Below, in pieces: positions 61,301-64,000 of a stretch of DNA of 64,000 nucleotides. The stretch spans positions 18,910,001 to 18,974,000 of the forward strand of contig JBHGNT010000017.1 in assembly GCA_043228905.1 (NCBI GenBank), read 5' to 3'. Under the pieces are notes generated by a model, which saw nothing but the letters and a program-made list of their open reading frames with translations, was not told the origin of the DNA and did not search any database. How positions within the stretch are numbered: position 1 is the first letter of the stretch; every line of letters begins with the position of its first letter. Position numbers and translations under genes: made by a program. The stretch is from Azolla caroliniana (lineage: Eukaryota > Plantae > Polypodiophyta).

Positions 61301-64000
61301 CTATGATATGGATTTAAAAATTCAAGATTTTGAAACTTAGGTCGAGAGACACAAAGAGATTAGCAAATTTGAGGAGGGAGTTGAGAAGAGTGCGTGAGTA
61401 AATTCAAATGTTAATACCTGTCTCGTGTGATATCGGATTTTTGTGTTCAAACATGCGAATCGAGGCTAATAAATCTAGCTATTATATGGAATTAAAAAAT
61501 TAAGAATTTCAAACTCAGGTCAAGAGACATGAAGAAATTAGCAAATTTGAGGAGGGAGTTGAGAAGAGGGCGTGAGTAAATTCAAATGTTGATACCTGGG
61601 TCATGTGATATCGGATTTTAGTGTTCAAACATGCGAATCGAAGCTAACAAGACTAGCTATGATATGAAATTAAAAAATGAAGAGTTTGAAACTTAGGTCG
61701 AGAGAAATGAAGAAATTAGCAAATTAGAGGAGGGAGTGGAGAAGAGCCTGTTCGGAAATCAAAATGTTCAGACCTGGATCGTGTGATATCGGATTTTTGT
61801 GTTCAAACATGCGAATCGAAGCTAACAACACTAGCGTTTATATAGAATTAAAAAATCGAGAATTTGAAACTCAGGTCGAGAGACATGAAGAAATTAGCAA
61901 ATTTGAGGAGGGCGTTGAGAAGAGGGTGTCAGTAAATTCAAATGTTCATACCTGGCTCGTGTGATATCAGATTTTAGTGTTCAAACATTCGAATCGAAGC
62001 TAACAACACTAGCTATGATATGGATTTTAAAAATCAAGATTTTTAAACTCAGGTCGAGAGACATGAAGAAATTAGCAAATTTGAGGAGGGAGTTGAGAAG
62101 AGCTCGTGAGTAAATTGAAATGTTCATACGTGGCTCATGTGACCCCGGATTGTTGTGTTCAAAGATGCGAATCGAAGCTCAGAACACTAGCTATGATATG
62201 GAATTAGAAAATCAAGAATTTGAAAATCAGGTCGAGAGACACGAAGAAATTAGCAAATTAGAGGAGGGAGTGGAGAAGAGCTTGTTCGGAAATGAGAATG
62301 TTCATACATAGCTCATGTGATATCGGATTTTAGTGTTCAAACATGGGAATCGAAGCAAACAACACTAGCTATGATATGTAATTAAAAAATCAAGAATTTG
62401 TAACTCAGGTCGAGAAGCGTGAAGAAATTAGTAAATTTGAGGAGGGAGTTGAGAAGAGGGCGTCAGTAAATTCAAATGTTCATACCTGGCTCGTGTGATA
62501 TCAGATTTTGGTGTTCAAACATGCGAATCGAAGCTAACAACACTAGCTATGATATGGATTTTAAAAATCAAGATTTTTAAACTCAGGTCGAGAGACATGA
62601 AGAATTTAGCAAATTATTCAGGGAGTGGAGAAGAGCCTGTTTGGAAATTAAAATGTTCATACCTGGATCGTGTGATATCGGCTTTTTGTGTTCAAACATG
62701 CGAATCGAAGCTAACAACACTAGCTATGATATGGATTTAAAAAATTAAGAATTTGAAACTCATGTCGAGAGACATGAAGAAATTAGCAAATTTGAGGAGG
62801 TAGCGGAGAAGAGTTCGTTAAGAAATGAAAATGTTCATACCTGCCTCGTGTGATATCGGATTTTAGTGTTCAAACATGCGAATCGAAGCTAACAACACTA
62901 GCTATGATATGGAATTAAAAAATTAAGATTTTGAAACTCAGGTCCCGAGACATGAAGAAATTAGTAAATTTGAGGAGGTAGTGGAGAAGAGCTCGTGAGT
63001 AAATTGAAATGTTCATACCTGGCTCGTGTGATTCCGGATTGTTGTGTTCAAATATGCGAATCGAAGCTCACAACACTAGCTATGATATGGAATTAAAAAA
63101 TCAAGAATTTCAAACTCAGGTCGAGAAACATGAAGAAATTAGCAAATTTGAGGAGGTAGTAGAGAAGAGCTCGTTAAAAAATGAAAATGTTGATACCTGG
63201 CTAATTTGAGGAGGGAGTTGAGAAGAGGGCGTGAGTAAATTCAAATGTTCATACCTGGAACGTGTGATAACGGATTTTAGTGTTCAAACATGCGAATCGA
63301 AGCTAACAACACTAGCTATGATATGGAATTAAAAAATTAAGATTTTGAAACTCAGGTCCAGAGACATGCGAATCGAAGCTAACAACACTAGCTATGATCT
63401 GGATTTAAAAAATCAAGAATTTGAAACTCAGGTCCAGAGACATGAAGAAATTAGCAAATTTGAGGAGGTAGCGGAGAAGAGTTCGTTAAGAAATGAAAAT
63501 GTTCATACCTGCCTCGTGTGATATCGGATTTTAGTGTTTAAACATGCGAATCGAAGCTAACAACACTAGCTATGATCTGGATTTAAAAAATCAAGAATTT
63601 GAAACTCAGGTCCAGAGACATGAAGAAATTAGCAAATTTGAGGAGGTAGCGGAGAAGAGTTCGTTAAGAAATGAAAATGTTCATACCTGCCTCGTGTGAT
63701 ATCGGATTTTACTGTTTAAACATGCGAATCGAAGCTAACAACACTAGCTATGATATGGAATTAGAAAATTAAAATTTTGAAACTCAGGTCTAGAGACATG
63801 AAGAAATTAGTAAATTTTAGGAGGTAGTGGAGAAGAGCTCGTGAGTAAATTGAAATGTTCATACCTGGCTCGTGTGATCCCGGATTGTTGTGTTCAAATA
63901 TGCGAATCGAAGGTCACAACACTAGCTATGATATGGAATTAAAAAATCAAGAATTTGAAACTCAGGTCGAGAGACATGAAGGAATTAGCAAATTTGAGGA
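43302..64000 (+). repeat. 178-bp tandem satellite array (about 116 monomers, continuing past the window end)
   Basis: The anchor GAAACT(C/T)AGGTCGA recurs at 43393, 43571, 43749 and 43927 (period 178) and throughout. Consensus segments include CATGAAGAAATTAGCAAATTTGAGGAGG and ATGTTCATACCTGGCTCGTGTGATATCGG. Confidence 0.98.

Noticed and set aside
43302-64000. Recurring 60-80 aa ORFs (MFIPGSCD...QVERHEEISKFEE) suggesting a repeat protein or a CRISPR-like array
   Set aside because: The 178-bp period is not a multiple of three and every frame stops within about one monomer. There are no unique spacers and no cas genes.

Overview
Eukaryotic land-plant genomic DNA. The PPR style is fern-like, but the taxon cannot be fixed from sequence alone. 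Bases 1-42.9 kb are a gene-sparse, transposon-rich arm. It contains two clusters of nested Ty1/copia LTR retrotransposons (1-6.2 kb and 18.5-27.9 kb) whose LTRs, PBS, PPT and target-site duplications can be read directly, plus two LINE remnants. The genes are a five-exon guanosine deaminase (GSDA, 11230-13707), an intronless COPT/Ctr copper transporter with a long microsatellite-encoded loop and an upstream GTAC cluster (28798-29871), and a PLS-class PPR cluster (one 868-aa ORF, one fragment, one pseudogene). From about 42.96 kb to the window end lies a 178-bp tandem satellite of roughly 116 monomers. It has an inverted edge, four monomer subtypes in a recurring order, recent multi-kb block duplications, microhomology deletions and one telomere-like insert. 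The most unusual items are a solo LTR carrying three tRNA-like Pol III modules with a 4-bp TSD, the satellite architecture, and the expanded COPT. Nothing here can be called a confirmed new biological system without database comparison.
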